Shown: one piece after another, positions 20,480 to 30,247 of the stretch
Layout: each line of letters begins with the position of its first letter
How positions within the stretch are numbered: the first letter of the stretch is position 1
Origin: an uncultured Verrucomicrobiae bacterium
GTDB lineage: Bacteria; Verrucomicrobiota; Verrucomicrobiia; Chthoniobacterales; JAFAMB01
Direction of reading: 5' to 3'
Assembly (NCBI GenBank): GCA_963762565.1
Contig: CAVXLD010000005.1
Coordinates: forward strand, 64,001 to 128,000
Length of the DNA: 64,000 nucleotides
Notes under the pieces: model-generated
What the model was told of the DNA's origin: nothing
What the model saw: the letters and a program-made list of their open reading frames with translations, nothing else
Databases searched by the model: none
Program-made: the position numbers and the translations under genes

Positions 20480-21081
20480 TCACTTCGCTCGGATCTCGAT
20501 AACGAATGCCGGGCGATTATCGTCGGTTTCATTGGTCAGCTTGATCTTGCTAGACGAGAATGTCGTTTCCCAGGTCGAACTTGACCCATTCACGACTAAG
20601 TACGCGGCAGACGGCGTCGCCGGCAGAGTCGGGAGTTCGGACCGGACTAACAAAGTGCCCTTTACATCCCGGAATTGAATCTCGTCAGCGAGGTCCTTGA
20701 GGTTGCCCGCATCACTCTAGTTTACGCAATCCAGTAAGGAGCTCTTGATTAAATCACGAGCGTACACACCGTCCGCGGATCGCGAGGACGCGATCCCTCC
20801 CGACGATGGGCCCAACACATTCGGATTGGTCTGGACATAGATCGTTACAGGTCCCGGAAAGCAGCTCCGGATGGCTTGAAAGCGAGTAGCCGTTCCCCGT
20901 TTAAAGGTTGAGCCGACCCTATCGGTTCTAGATTGAAGAACCGAAAATAGTCCGCTTGCACTCGGGCCCGATTCAAATCCGCACCCAACAGCCCCCCAGT
21001 ATCGCCGTTGTTCGTTGCTGCCTGAATATCGTTCCTAGCCGAAAGAATCAGGAATGCATAAAGCAAGCACCGTAAATTCAT
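20480..21081 (-). pseudogene. Disrupted secreted hypothetical protein
   Basis: Signal-peptide ORF stops at 20845. A 1-nt shift gives VTIYVQTNPN-VLGPSSGGIASSRSA-DGVYARDLIKSSLLDCVN*SDAGNLKDLADEIQFRDV...VIEIRAK*, i.e. a frameshift, an embedded REP arm at 20776-20801 and an internal TAG. Confidence 0.55.
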
Positions 21082-21373
21082 AAGCAAGCCTTCAACCTTG
21101 TTTGAGATATGACGCTGATTGAATACATGATTGCGTCACAAAAAATCTCGCATCATAAGGAGGGGAGAAGTAAGACTTCTCGTGGAGGCGGAACAGGCTC
21201 TCAATCACCTCCACTTTTCACCAATCGCTTCGTTCGCGTTTTAACTGGTTTTTGCTTGCTCCAACTATGGCGAGTCAGTTAACCCGGGAAATGGTGCAAA
21301 CTTCATCAAACTACACGAATTCGTGCTGCTATTCGCGCAGAGTGCCTTAGAGTCAATTTCCTAAAGGAAACAT

Positions 21374-21834
21374 ATGAGCCTCACCATCACGAAAGTGGAT
21401 GTATGGGCCGCTGAAATCGATGATACCCCCGGCGGCCTGGCAAAACTCTTAGGGGCTTTAGCTGGCGCGGGTGCCGACTTAGAATGCGTCATTGCACGAC
21501 GCGATCCTACCAAGACCGGGAAATGCGTTGCTTTTCTCACACCGGTCAAGGGTGCCAATGTTAAAAAAGCCGCCAAAGCCGAAGGGCTGGCGCCGGCGAA
21601 AAATTGGCGACGTTAAAAGTCGAGGGTGATGATGCTGCTGGCATCGGTTCTCGGATTACATCGGCGGTTGCTGAAGCCGGCGTTAACCTGCGCGGTGCTT
21701 CCGGCGCCGTTATCGGTCGGAAGTTTGTGGTCTACCTCGGTTTCGATGGCAGTGCCGACGCAACCAAGGCCGCTCGAGCTTTGAAAGCTTTGGCTAGCCC
21801 ACACAATTCGGCAAGAGCGAAGCGAGCCGCTTAG
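21374..21834 (+). pseudogene. Tandem ACT-domain protein, copy 1, split by a frameshift at ~21598-21603
   Basis: ACT motifs EIDDTPGGLAKLLGALAGAGADLE and EGDDAAGIGSRITSAVAEAGVNL lie in different frames. RBS AAGGA upstream. Could be a sequencing error. Confidence 0.7.
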
Positions 21835-21944
21835 AACTAGCTCAGGAAGGTGGCCTCGTAAGAAGAGGTTGGCTGAATTTATCTGCAACGCTCGTTAACG
21901 GCTTTGACTGGCTTGCTCCACTTTGGCGTGCTCAGTTCGTCAAC

Positions 21945-22060
21945 GTGGCAAACCTCAACAGCAACAACGTTTCGGCCTACAGCATCGATGCCGACGGCTC
22001 CCTGACGCCGGTCACAAATTCGCCGTTCACTGTGGGGACCAGTTACCCGGTCAGTCGCTA
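21945..22060 (+). pseudogene. Fragment of a lactonase-like beta-propeller blade
   Basis: VANLNSNNVSAYSIDADGSLTPVTNSPF resembles a 6-phosphogluconolactonase-type blade; only one blade is present. Confidence 0.5.
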
Positions 22061-22074
22061 TTTTCGGCTACATC

Positions 22075-22620
22075 ATGAATCGCCGATTCCGCTCTGTGTT
22101 GGTTGTGTTAGCCGTTGGTTCCTTACTGTCCTCCTGTAACAACGCAACGCCCGAGAATTATTTCGATGAGGCAGTGCTTAACGTTAACTTGATTACCCCT
22201 TTTGGCGGTCAAGCGGCGCTCTACTCCATGGCTCACCCTTCGGTTAAACTCGTGCCGGGAACGAAAGATCAGACCGCACCGATGACTCGGAAAGAGATCG
22301 TCGAGGACCAGATTCAGCGTGTGGAGCAGAATTTAACCAAAATAAAAACACTCCCAGACAGCGAAGAAGCTCGGGACATGGTGCAAACTTCGATCAAGCT
22401 ACACGAGTTTGTTCTACCGGTTTATAAGACCGAGTACCGTGAGCTAGCCAAGCTTTACGATGAAGGCGGTTCCCAACAAGACCGGATCTCGAAGGCTCAA
22501 GAAATCGACACGAAATACTTAGCTGCCTACAAAGCACTCTTTAGTCGATTGGTCGAGTTAGGCAAAGCCTACGCCGAAAAGCACCATATTAAGGTGGAGT
22601 GGCAAACGCTCCCGTTCTAG
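22075..22620 (+). CDS. Hypothetical helical lipoprotein
   Basis: Lipobox LSSC after a hydrophobic stretch; 181 aa, helical composition. Confidence 0.8.
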   Translation: MNRRFRSVLVVLAVGSLLSSCNNATPENYFDEAVLNVNLITPFGGQAALYSMAHPSVKLVPGTKDQTAPMTRKEIVEDQIQRVEQNLTKIKTLPDSEEARDMVQTSIKLHEFVLPVYKTEYRELAKLYDEGGSQQDRISKAQEIDTKYLAAYKALFSRLVELGKAYAEKHHIKVEWQTLPF

Positions 22621-22738
22621 GGTGGCGCGCTGGGTTTCCCAGTAATTAGTCCAATACAACACTCCTCCATTACTCCAGCCCCTTTTTTCCTTGCCGCAGC
22701 CAAACGGGGCCTTACTGTCAATTTCGTAAAGGAAACAT

Positions 22739-23192
22739 ATGAGCCTCACCATCAGCAAGGTGGATGTTTGGGCCGCCGAAATCGATGACACTCCTGGCGG
22801 CCTGGCAGAACTGTTAGGGGCTTTAGCTGGCGCGGGTGCCGACTTAGAATGTGTTGTTGCGCGGCGGATTCCTACAAAACAAGGGAAGGGAGTCGCTTTT
22901 CTAACTCCAGTTAAGGGCGCTAATGTCAGAAAGGCGGCCAAAGCCAAGGGACTGGCCGGCCGAGAAACTAGCAACGCTGAAAGTCGAAGGTGATGATACT
23001 CCCGGCCTCGGCGCTCGCATTACCTCGGCCGTTAGTGAAGCCGGTGTGAACCTGCGCGGTGTTTCCGGCGCTGTTATCGGCAGGAAATTTGTTGCCTACC
23101 TCGGTTTCGATGGAGCTGCTGACGCCACCAAGGCCGCTCGCGCTTTGAAAGCTCTAGCCAGCCCAAAGAAAGCCGGAACCGGCAAGCGCTAG
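22739..23192 (+). pseudogene. Tandem ACT-domain protein, copy 2, split by a frameshift at ~22955
   Basis: Highly similar to copy 1, including the upstream gtcaatttc-taaaggaaacatATG. ctg-g-ccg-gcc-gag lacks 2 nt relative to ctg-gcg-ccg-gcg. Confidence 0.7.
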
Positions 23193-23400
23193 GTCGCTTC
23201 GCAAATAGCCGATAGCCAACAGCGAAAGCGGAAGGGAAGGAGTAACGGAGTACTGGAGTGGTTGCTGAACAGACCAACTTCGTGTCCTTTGTGATCTTCT
23301 GTGAGTCGGTCTGTCTTTATCTGCGTAAATCTGCGGTTGTTCTGTAATTCGTGTCGGTTCGCGTCCATTCGCGGTCTTTGCCATTTGCTATCGCGAAAGC
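23193..23400. repeat. Mixed intergenic repeat block (TAGCCGA heptamers, GGAGTAAC octamers, CGCAGAT/CGCGAAT units)
   Basis: Read directly between the convergent ACT copy 2 and mgtC. Confidence 0.75.
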
Positions 23401-23401
23401 G

Positions 23402-24079
23402 CTACCTCTGAATAGAATAAACCTGCGGCTCTTCGACTAGGGCAAGCAAAAGCTCATGGTAGGCCCAGCGCGGTAGTTGGCATCGGATGATCCAAAGCTC
23501 GCGATCGTCTGCTGCCGGCTGGCGTTCAATCATTTTGATAGGAATGTGGAACTGTTCGAACAGATCTTCTAGTTTAACCTCGGTCTTACCTCTTGCCGGA
23601 TCGACTATCAGACTAATCACGTAAGCAGTTGCTCCGGCTAATTTGCTAGCTTCAAGTCGATTAACCAAAGAGAGCACTCCCCGAGCGAGTAGGGCGATAC
23701 CGACTCCGGCGCCGGCGTGGCCTGCGCCGACGGCCATCCCCATGGCAGCCACCAGCCAAATGGTTGCGGCTGTGGTCACGCCACGAATACCTGTGCTTCC
23801 GCGGAGCAACACGCCTCCCCCTAAAAAGCCAATCCCGGTAACGATCTGGGCGGCTACTCGGCCGGAATCGCCAGAGTTGCTGGCAAATGAGTACCCGATC
23901 ATAGTGAAGGTTGATGAACCGAGCGCAATTAAAGACATCGTACGGATCCCAGCCGGTTTCTCTTTCCGCTGCCGCTCAATCCCGACCCAGCCACCGCAGA
24001 GCAATGCCAGAATGCTGAGGGAAATTGATCCCCATGGGTAGGGGAACAACGTGTGCCAGTTATCGGTCAACAAATGCAT
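23402..24079 (-). CDS. MgtC/SapB family protein
   Basis: GIERQRKEKPAGIRT, RVAAQIVTGIGFLGGG and GVTTAATIW. Confidence 0.95.
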   Translation of the reverse strand: MHLLTDNWHTLFPYPWGSISLSILALLCGGWVGIERQRKEKPAGIRTMSLIALGSSTFTMIGYSFASNSGDSGRVAAQIVTGIGFLGGGVLLRGSTGIRGVTTAATIWLVAAMGMAVGAGHAGAGVGIALLARGVLSLVNRLEASKLAGATAYVISLIVDPARGKTEVKLEDLFEQFHIPIKMIERQPAADDRELWIIRCQLPRWAYHELLLALVEEPQVYSIQR

Positions 24080-24143
24080 CTAGCAATGGAATAGAAAGGC
24101 GTAGGAAAAGTAAAGAGGGTGAAAATGAGCCGTAGCCGATAAC

Positions 24144-24322
24144 GGGAGGGATCGCGTCCCCGCGATCCGTTGTGCCAGGAACGCGGGGCGCTTGTTTACC
24201 GAACGGTTGAATACGTCTGTAGGCGAAGAACGCCTTCACAGCGCGCGAGGATCCGACTTCGCCGAGCCAAAAAAAACGGCGAAAAAACCAAAGGCTACGT
24301 CGGACAGGCAGCGCGCCCTCCC
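24144..24322. repeat. GGGAGGG...CCCTCCC REPIN-like element
   Basis: gggagggatcgcgtccccgcgatcc ... ggatccgacttcgcc ... gtcggacaggcagcgcgccctccc. Confidence 0.85.
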
Positions 24323-24331
24323 TCTTCCGCC

Positions 24332-27300
24332 CTACCTATAACCAACCCTCACTTCCACGTTATGCTCTCGCTTATCGTCCACCAGCGGGACGGTATCGTC
24401 GGGAATCTCTTTCCCGTCCAAATAGGTCCTCGTATCTGATGCTCTGACGATACTGATATGGTACGGCGTCTCGCCATACCGATAATGAATCTTATACTCG
24501 TTCCACGTCTTGGGAAGACGCGGCGCCAGGCGTAGTCGGTTTCCTTCTGGTTGTAAGCCTAACAAGGTCTCGATTAACGTTCGATACATCCATCCGGCAG
24601 AACCGGTGTACCAGGTCCAACCGCCGCGCCCGGTGTGAGGAGGAACCCAATAAACATCGGCGGCGATAACATAGGGCTCCACTTTATAGGTCGCGATATC
24701 GGCAGCACTTCTCCCATGGTTCACTGGATTCAGCAACGCGAACAACTCCCAAGCTAACTCGTCGTTTCCTTCTAGAGCAGCGGCTAGAACTGTCCAGATA
24801 GCAGCGTGAGTATATTGGCCGCCGTTTTCGCGAACTCCGGGCACATAGCCTTGGATGTAACCCGGACTCGGCGTTGACCGATCAAAGGGCGGATCTAACA
24901 ATTGAATCAGCTTGGCCTGGCGCCGAACTAACCGCTCGTTCAACGACTGCATAGCTTGCCGGGCGCGTTCCGGATCGCCGGCGCCGGAGATCACGGACCA
25001 ACTTTGCGGTAGGCAATCGATCTGGCATTCATCGTTTAGATGAGAGCCAAGCGGTTCGCCATTATCAAAGTAAGCCCTCCGATACCAGTTTCCGTCCCAG
25101 GCGTATCGCTCTATATTCGACTGGATCTCTTTCGCCTGAGCTAAACAACGGTCTGCAAAAGCGGTATCGTTGCGTTCGCGCGCCAATTTGCTGAACTGTT
25201 GCAAAACGTCGTAGAGAAACAAGCCGAGCCAGACGCTTTCACCGCGGCCGTCTTTCCCGACCAGGTTCATGCCATCATTCCAATCGCACGTACCCATCAA
25301 GGGCAAGCCATGCCGGCCGAATCTCAATCCATGTTCGATGGAGCGAACGCAATGCTCGTATAACGAGGCCGAATCATCGGATTGCTTCGGTGAAAAGTAG
25401 GCGTCTGCTTCATCCGGCTTTAACAGCCGTCCTTCTATAAAAGGGACCTTTTCATCGAGAACGCTGGTGTCTCCGGTTCGGGTGACATATTGCCAGGTGA
25501 CATAGGCTAGCCACAAGTAGTCGTCGGAAGTGTGGGTCCGCACTCCCAGACCCGTCGGGGGGTGCCACCAGTGCTGCACATCGCCTTCGACGAACTGGCG
25601 GGCGGCTGCTCGGAGTAGATGTTCTCGGGTCAGTTGCGGCTGGGCATGGACCAGCGCCATCACGTCTTGCAGTTGATCCCGGAAACCGAACGCACCGCCG
25701 GATTGATAGAACCCGGTCCGTCCCCAGACACGGCAGCTGAGTACCTGATACAAAAGCCAACCATTCGCGATCATATCGACAGAAGGATCGGGAGTTTCGA
25801 CGTGGACAGCGCTCAGCGTGTGAATCCAATATTCTTGGACCGCCCGGAGCGCGGCTTGATTGGCATTAGGCTGGCGAAACGGTTGAACTAACTGTCGAAC
25901 TTCGGCGAGGTTAACACCCGCACCCAGCCGGAAACAGATTTCTTGTTCTGCGCCAGGCGCTAGATCGACGATCGTCTGCACAGCCGCGCAAGGATCTAAT
26001 CCGGGGCCGACGTTCCCGGAGAGCCGCTCGCGACCAAGAGCCGCCGGCTGAGCCAGGTTGCAGTTGCGCCCAAGAAACTCGTTTCGGTCCCCGGTGAATG
26101 TTCGATTGGGATCATCGACATCGATGAAAGCGATCCAGCCGGCAAAATCGTTGCTATAAAAATTGCGAGCTAACAGGGCGCCGCTATTGCTGTCTATCTC
26201 GGTTTGGATATGCAGCGCCGTTCGTTGCCGGAGATCGCTGAATACCCATTCCCAATACCCGGTTGCAGAGATTCGCCGTGGGCGGTCAGAGATATTGCGT
26301 AGCTTTAACGCTGCGAATTTGACCGGCGCATCGATGGCGACATAAACGGTTAGCTCTGAAGAAATGCCGTGTTCCGAATGTTCGAATATGGTGTAACCAA
26401 ACCCATGCCGGACGACATAGGGAGTGTTGCCTGTCGCTGGCAAAGGGGTAGGAGACCAGATTTCGCCGGTCTCTTCATCCCGAAGATAGAAGGCTTCACC
26501 GCTGAGATCAGTGATGGGATCGTTATTCCATGGCGTAAGCCGAAGTTCATGAGAATTCTCGGCCCAGGTGTAAGCGCCGCCAGTCTCAGAGATAACTGTG
26601 CCAAAAGTTGGATTTGCCAGAACGTTAACCCAAGGAGCGGGCGTAGTGACCCCAGGGCTCAAGTTAATAACGTATTCGCGACCGTCCGATGTAAAGCCGC
26701 CGAATCCATTATTAAATAGCAAGGGCTGCTCTTTGGCTGGCGAGGAAGCGTTTTTTGCGGGTGGCGACCCCGTCGGCCTCGCACTTGTCGCGCCAAAGCG
26801 AAGCGCAGGCGGAAGCGAGGCACGCTCCAGGGGTGGCGACCCCATCGGCCTCGCAAGCGAGGCACGCTCCACCAGCGACTTCAGCTGTTCCGCTAAGGGC
26901 CGATTGGTAAGAACCACGCGGGCCGCCGCTTGAAAGAGTAGATGTTCTTCGGGGGTAAGTTGTCCCAGATGCCGGACAAATATTCCGCCCGGTTTTTCCA
27001 ACGGCTGAGTTTGTAGACGAGAGGCAATGAAACTTTCGATCCTGTCGATCAGCTCCTGACAGGCAGCAGACGTTTCTTCAATCAAGATAATTAGATCGGC
27101 TGCTAATCCCTGTTTGTGCCAGTAGGAGTGAGCTTGGATCAGCTGTTTTACCAGCTCGAAATTGATTGAACCCTCGCTGGCGCTCAAGACGTGTACCAGA
27201 GCAATCGGTAGATCACCCGAGATACCCTGACTCCAGAGCGCCTTTGGTCCAAGCTTGTTTTGAGCTAATACCTCAGGTGGGGCGCGAAACGTTGAGCGGG

Positions 27301-28231
27301 GATAAATGAGAGCGCTGGCCAACTGTTCATAGAGATCGAGCTCGGCGTCCTCTAATTCCGGCGGCGCTAATTGGCTCTGGGCCAGCTCCTGGGATACCGC
27401 GATCGGTTGAGACGCCCGATATTTCTCGGCCAATGCTAGCGCTGCATGTCGGTCGGGAGCAACCCCGATAACAAAATCAACTGAGATGGAGGCTTTGGGT
27501 CCTAGTTGGAATGTGCGTCGCAGCGAGATGACGGGATCGAGTACCGAACCGACCGTATTGGACAATCCTCCGTGCATGGCCGCTGGGTTTGCGACGGTTC
27601 TTCCTCGTCCGATGAACCTCGCGCGATCGGTTTCGCAGGATAACTCGCCGCCGCTATCTCCCACCATCAAATGTACCAGCCAAGGATGATCCGCGCCTTC
27701 GCCGCGCGGTCGCCGCTTGCAGAGAATCGCCGAGGCCGCTCGCACCAGCTCGCTCTGGATAAAAAGATTACTGAAGACCGGATGGGCCAAATCCGCTGCG
27801 GGAACGGCCAGGACGACCTCTGAATAGCTGGTGAGCTCGATTGCGCGTTCGCTCCCTGAAAGATTTGTGATCAGAACGCGCCTGACTTCGACATCGTCCT
27901 CCGGTGAAACCCAGATTCGGGTCACGATTTCGAAGCCGGCGTGACGTTGCTGAAACTCCACCCACGACGGTGTAAACGTCGCCTTGTACTGGTCGGTCAG
28001 ACGCAGCGTGGGCTGATAACCCACGGACCAAAACTCTCCGCTACCCGGGTCTCGCAGATAGATGAAGCTACCCCAGCAATCCCGGGTCGCATCCTCGCGC
28101 CATCGAGAGACAGCCAAGTCGTTCCAACGACTGTACCCGCCTCCCGCATTGGTGACGGCGACGTGATAGCGGCCATTCGATAGAAGTTGGGCCTCCGGTG
28201 CAGACGTGAACGGGCTGTCGAAGATGCGCAT
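24332..28231 (-). CDS. GH94-like glycoside phosphorylase, resembling the C-terminal part of cyclic beta-1,2-glucan synthase (NdvB/ChvB)
   Basis: Two GH94 N-terminal-type modules (LLSNGRY..., PAPWVNVLAN), then FYQSGGAFGFRDQLQD, DWNDGMN, RENGGQYTH and WTWYTGSAGW. No synthase or membrane region. Confidence 0.9.
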   Translation of the reverse strand: MRIFDSPFTSAPEAQLLSNGRYHVAVTNAGGGYSRWNDLAVSRWREDATRDCWGSFIYLRDPGSGEFWSVGYQPTLRLTDQYKATFTPSWVEFQQRHAGFEIVTRIWVSPEDDVEVRRVLITNLSGSERAIELTSYSEVVLAVPAADLAHPVFSNLFIQSELVRAASAILCKRRPRGEGADHPWLVHLMVGDSGGELSCETDRARFIGRGRTVANPAAMHGGLSNTVGSVLDPVISLRRTFQLGPKASISVDFVIGVAPDRHAALALAEKYRASQPIAVSQELAQSQLAPPELEDAELDLYEQLASALIYPRSTFRAPPEVLAQNKLGPKALWSQGISGDLPIALVHVLSASEGSINFELVKQLIQAHSYWHKQGLAADLIILIEETSAACQELIDRIESFIASRLQTQPLEKPGGIFVRHLGQLTPEEHLLFQAAARVVLTNRPLAEQLKSLVERASLARPMGSPPLERASLPPALRFGATSARPTGSPPAKNASSPAKEQPLLFNNGFGGFTSDGREYVINLSPGVTTPAPWVNVLANPTFGTVISETGGAYTWAENSHELRLTPWNNDPITDLSGEAFYLRDEETGEIWSPTPLPATGNTPYVVRHGFGYTIFEHSEHGISSELTVYVAIDAPVKFAALKLRNISDRPRRISATGYWEWVFSDLRQRTALHIQTEIDSNSGALLARNFYSNDFAGWIAFIDVDDPNRTFTGDRNEFLGRNCNLAQPAALGRERLSGNVGPGLDPCAAVQTIVDLAPGAEQEICFRLGAGVNLAEVRQLVQPFRQPNANQAALRAVQEYWIHTLSAVHVETPDPSVDMIANGWLLYQVLSCRVWGRTGFYQSGGAFGFRDQLQDVMALVHAQPQLTREHLLRAAARQFVEGDVQHWWHPPTGLGVRTHTSDDYLWLAYVTWQYVTRTGDTSVLDEKVPFIEGRLLKPDEADAYFSPKQSDDSASLYEHCVRSIEHGLRFGRHGLPLMGTCDWNDGMNLVGKDGRGESVWLGLFLYDVLQQFSKLARERNDTAFADRCLAQAKEIQSNIERYAWDGNWYRRAYFDNGEPLGSHLNDECQIDCLPQSWSVISGAGDPERARQAMQSLNERLVRRQAKLIQLLDPPFDRSTPSPGYIQGYVPGVRENGGQYTHAAIWTVLAAALEGNDELAWELFALLNPVNHGRSAADIATYKVEPYVIAADVYWVPPHTGRGGWTWYTGSAGWMYRTLIETLLGLQPEGNRLRLAPRLPKTWNEYKIHYRYGETPYHISIVRASDTRTYLDGKEIPDDTVPLVDDKREHNVEVRVGYR
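26759..26871. repeat. Two REP-like units plus a nested 30-nt mini-element, in-frame within the GH94 gene
   Basis: gggtggcgacccc.tcggcctcgca^agcgaggcacgctcca twice (42-nt period). Unit 1 carries cttgtcgcgccaaagcgaagcgcaggcgga at 26784-26813. Confidence 0.9.
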
Positions 28232-28247
28232 CTCTCGACGTTAGAAA

Positions 28248-28807
28248 GGAGTTCGAGGAGTTCAAGGCCTGCCGCGACGTAGGCCTTGCGAGTCGGGCCT
28301 GCCGCGCCGTAGGCCTTCGGCGAGCTCAGGGAGGGCGCGCGTCCCCGCGCGTCGTGAGGACGTGCCATAACGCAAGGCGTATTCTCTTCCGCGATCGCGA
28401 GTGTCCCCGGCTTCGGTAATCCCGTGGCCGCGGGACGAGGACGCGATCCCTCCCAGCGATGGGCATGCTCGGAGAATGTGCTGCCTGGATGTGTGTCGAA
28501 TTTTGCCGCGAAGCGGCAGTACATCATAGCCCAGGGTCCTCCAGCCGGGGTTAGTCGCACGAAAAGACACGCCCTGAAAGTGGCGTCCGAAAGCTTTGGT
28601 CCTGCTTCCGTGCGGTTAATTTAAGCGGAAACGGATGTTGCGTGACCAGTGCGATGAACATGCAAGGCATGAACATACACCCACGGGACGCCACTTTTCC
28701 TCCTTCGCTCGATAACGCGAAGCTACGGCGGACAGGCAGGGCGCCATCTCACCCCGGAGATATCCAGGCTAAAGCCCTGGGCTATTATCTATTACCGCTT
28801 TGCGGTA
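28248..28807. repeat. Repeat block: GGAGTTCRA 9-mers with mini-hairpins, GGGAGGG element (28329-28454) and a second REPIN-like family (28504-28807)
   Basis: tgccgcgaagcggca-tagcccaggg ... ccctgggcta-taccgctttgcggta termini, with internal gccctgaaagtggcgtcc/ggacgccactttt. Confidence 0.8.
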
Positions 28808-28833
28808 AATCCGACACACGCGCTAGGCCGCTC

Positions 28834-29373
28834 TCAAGGATGTTGCCCTAATGCCGCCATGATGACGATAAGAAGTACATTAACCAGGAAGCCGATCGTC
28901 CCGAGAACTAATCCGATCCAGGTTAACAGTTCTCCGGAGCGATCCATCTGGCCGCGAGACATTTTGGTTAGATCAACGATTCCCTGAATCAGAGCGACGA
29001 GCCCGAATATTCCGATAAAGAATCCCAGAATGCCAAAGACCAGAATCATTGTCCCGTGATGCCCAGCCGTAACCGGTGTCCCGGCGACTAAGGTTGCGTC
29101 CCTGGAAGTCAGCTCGTAACCGCTGGAGAACCAGCCCATCTTCATTTTGCATTCGATGTGCACGGTTTCACCCGGAGCAAAATCGATCGTGTTTTCAGCA
29201 CTAGGGTTGCCACCCAACCAGGCGGTCAGGACATGCTTGCCGGGCGGCACTTCGACGGTTGCGGTTTTACCGTTCGCAATCCTGGCTAGTTCGGCTCCGT
29301 CCATCGTAATGCGGGTTCCACGTGCCCATCCGATGACGTGGAATTTGTGGGCGATCTCAAGCTTTGCGTTCAC
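28834..29373 (-). CDS. Hypothetical membrane protein (small beta domain + two C-terminal TM helices, DUF4190-like)
   Basis: EVPPGKHVL beta domain; HHGTMILVFGILG...DLTKM..GQMD.SG..LT.IG.VLG.IG. Confidence 0.75.
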   Translation of the reverse strand: MNAKLEIAHKFHVIGWARGTRITMDGAELARIANGKTATVEVPPGKHVLTAWLGGNPSAENTIDFAPGETVHIECKMKMGWFSSGYELTSRDATLVAGTPVTAGHHGTMILVFGILGFFIGIFGLVALIQGIVDLTKMSRGQMDRSGELLTWIGLVLGTIGFLVNVLLIVIMAALGQHP

Positions 29374-29528
29374 GTGTCTTATTTGTAACGGGTACCGCGG
29401 GAGGGGGTTAAGGATCTTCGATTCGCGGGCGGGTTGGCGAGAAGATTTTTGGCCCGAAGGCAGTTTCTAGTTTAGGCCGAGACTGAGAAACGTCGGGCGT
29501 TTGCAGAGTGAGCAATGGACACGACATG

Positions 29529-29707
29529 GGGAGGGCACGCGTCCCCGCGCGCCGCGAACCGGCCGATAATTCTGGATCTAACCGATGCTCGATCGGGTCT
29601 GTCGTGTGCTTCGGGAACAACGGATCGCGAGGATCCGACGTCGCCAACATCTCGAAGAAAAGAGCCTGAAAGCAGAAGGCTATGTCGGACAGGCAGCGAT
29701 CCCTCCC
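29529..29707. repeat. GGGAGGG...CCCTCCC REPIN-like element
   Basis: gggagggcacgcgtccccgcgcgcc ... ggatccgacgtcgcc ... gtcggacaggcagcgatccctccc. Confidence 0.85.
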
Positions 29708-29751
29708 AGAAGACGCAGCAGGACGACGAGGACGATTACGAAACCGAGCCT

Positions 29752-30162
29752 CTACCACCAGGGATTCCACGGGCCCCAGTAAGGTCCCCAATATGCTTGG
29801 TTGTAGAGAGTGGCGTCCTCGTTGATCTGGGCGGCTTGCAGTTGGCTGTCGGCAATCGACTTTTGCAAGCCTAGCTGCTTATACCTTTGATATTCAGCTT
29901 CGCCTCCAATGTAGGCCAGATGCTGTTGTTTATCGGCGTAGATGTAGAGAATCTTACCATGCCGTTCGTGGCGCTCCACCGTGTAGGGGGTCAGCCGGGC
30001 AAACATTGCCTCCTGCTGCGGAGTTGAAGGTGTCCGAGTCTTAAACCCGGCCGCGGAGAGCAACGATTCTTGACTTGCGGCATCCCAGCTGGCACAGCCG
30101 TCAAAAAGAGCGAGCAAAAGAAGAATAAAAACCGGAGCAATGATCAATTTGTGCTTGTTCAT
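29752..30162 (-). CDS. Hypothetical lipoprotein
   Basis: Lipobox-like FDGC, LLSAAGF, YIGGEAEYQRYKQL and a WGP-rich tail. ATG 30162 chosen. Confidence 0.8.
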   Translation of the reverse strand: MNKHKLIIAPVFILLLLALFDGCASWDAASQESLLSAAGFKTRTPSTPQQEAMFARLTPYTVERHERHGKILYIYADKQQHLAYIGGEAEYQRYKQLGLQKSIADSQLQAAQINEDATLYNQAYWGPYWGPWNPWW

Positions 30163-30247
30163 AAGACTCGAATTTTGGGGGAACAATTGGCTACTCAGTG
30201 GGTCGAGTAACGACTGGGATAGTAGCACATAACGGAAAGAAGCAGCA

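Noticed and set aside
21590..21616. Canonical -1 programmed ribosomal frameshift in ACT copy 1
   Set aside because: G_AAA_AAT is not a standard X_XXY_YYZ slippery site, and copy 2 needs a different shift at a different sequence.
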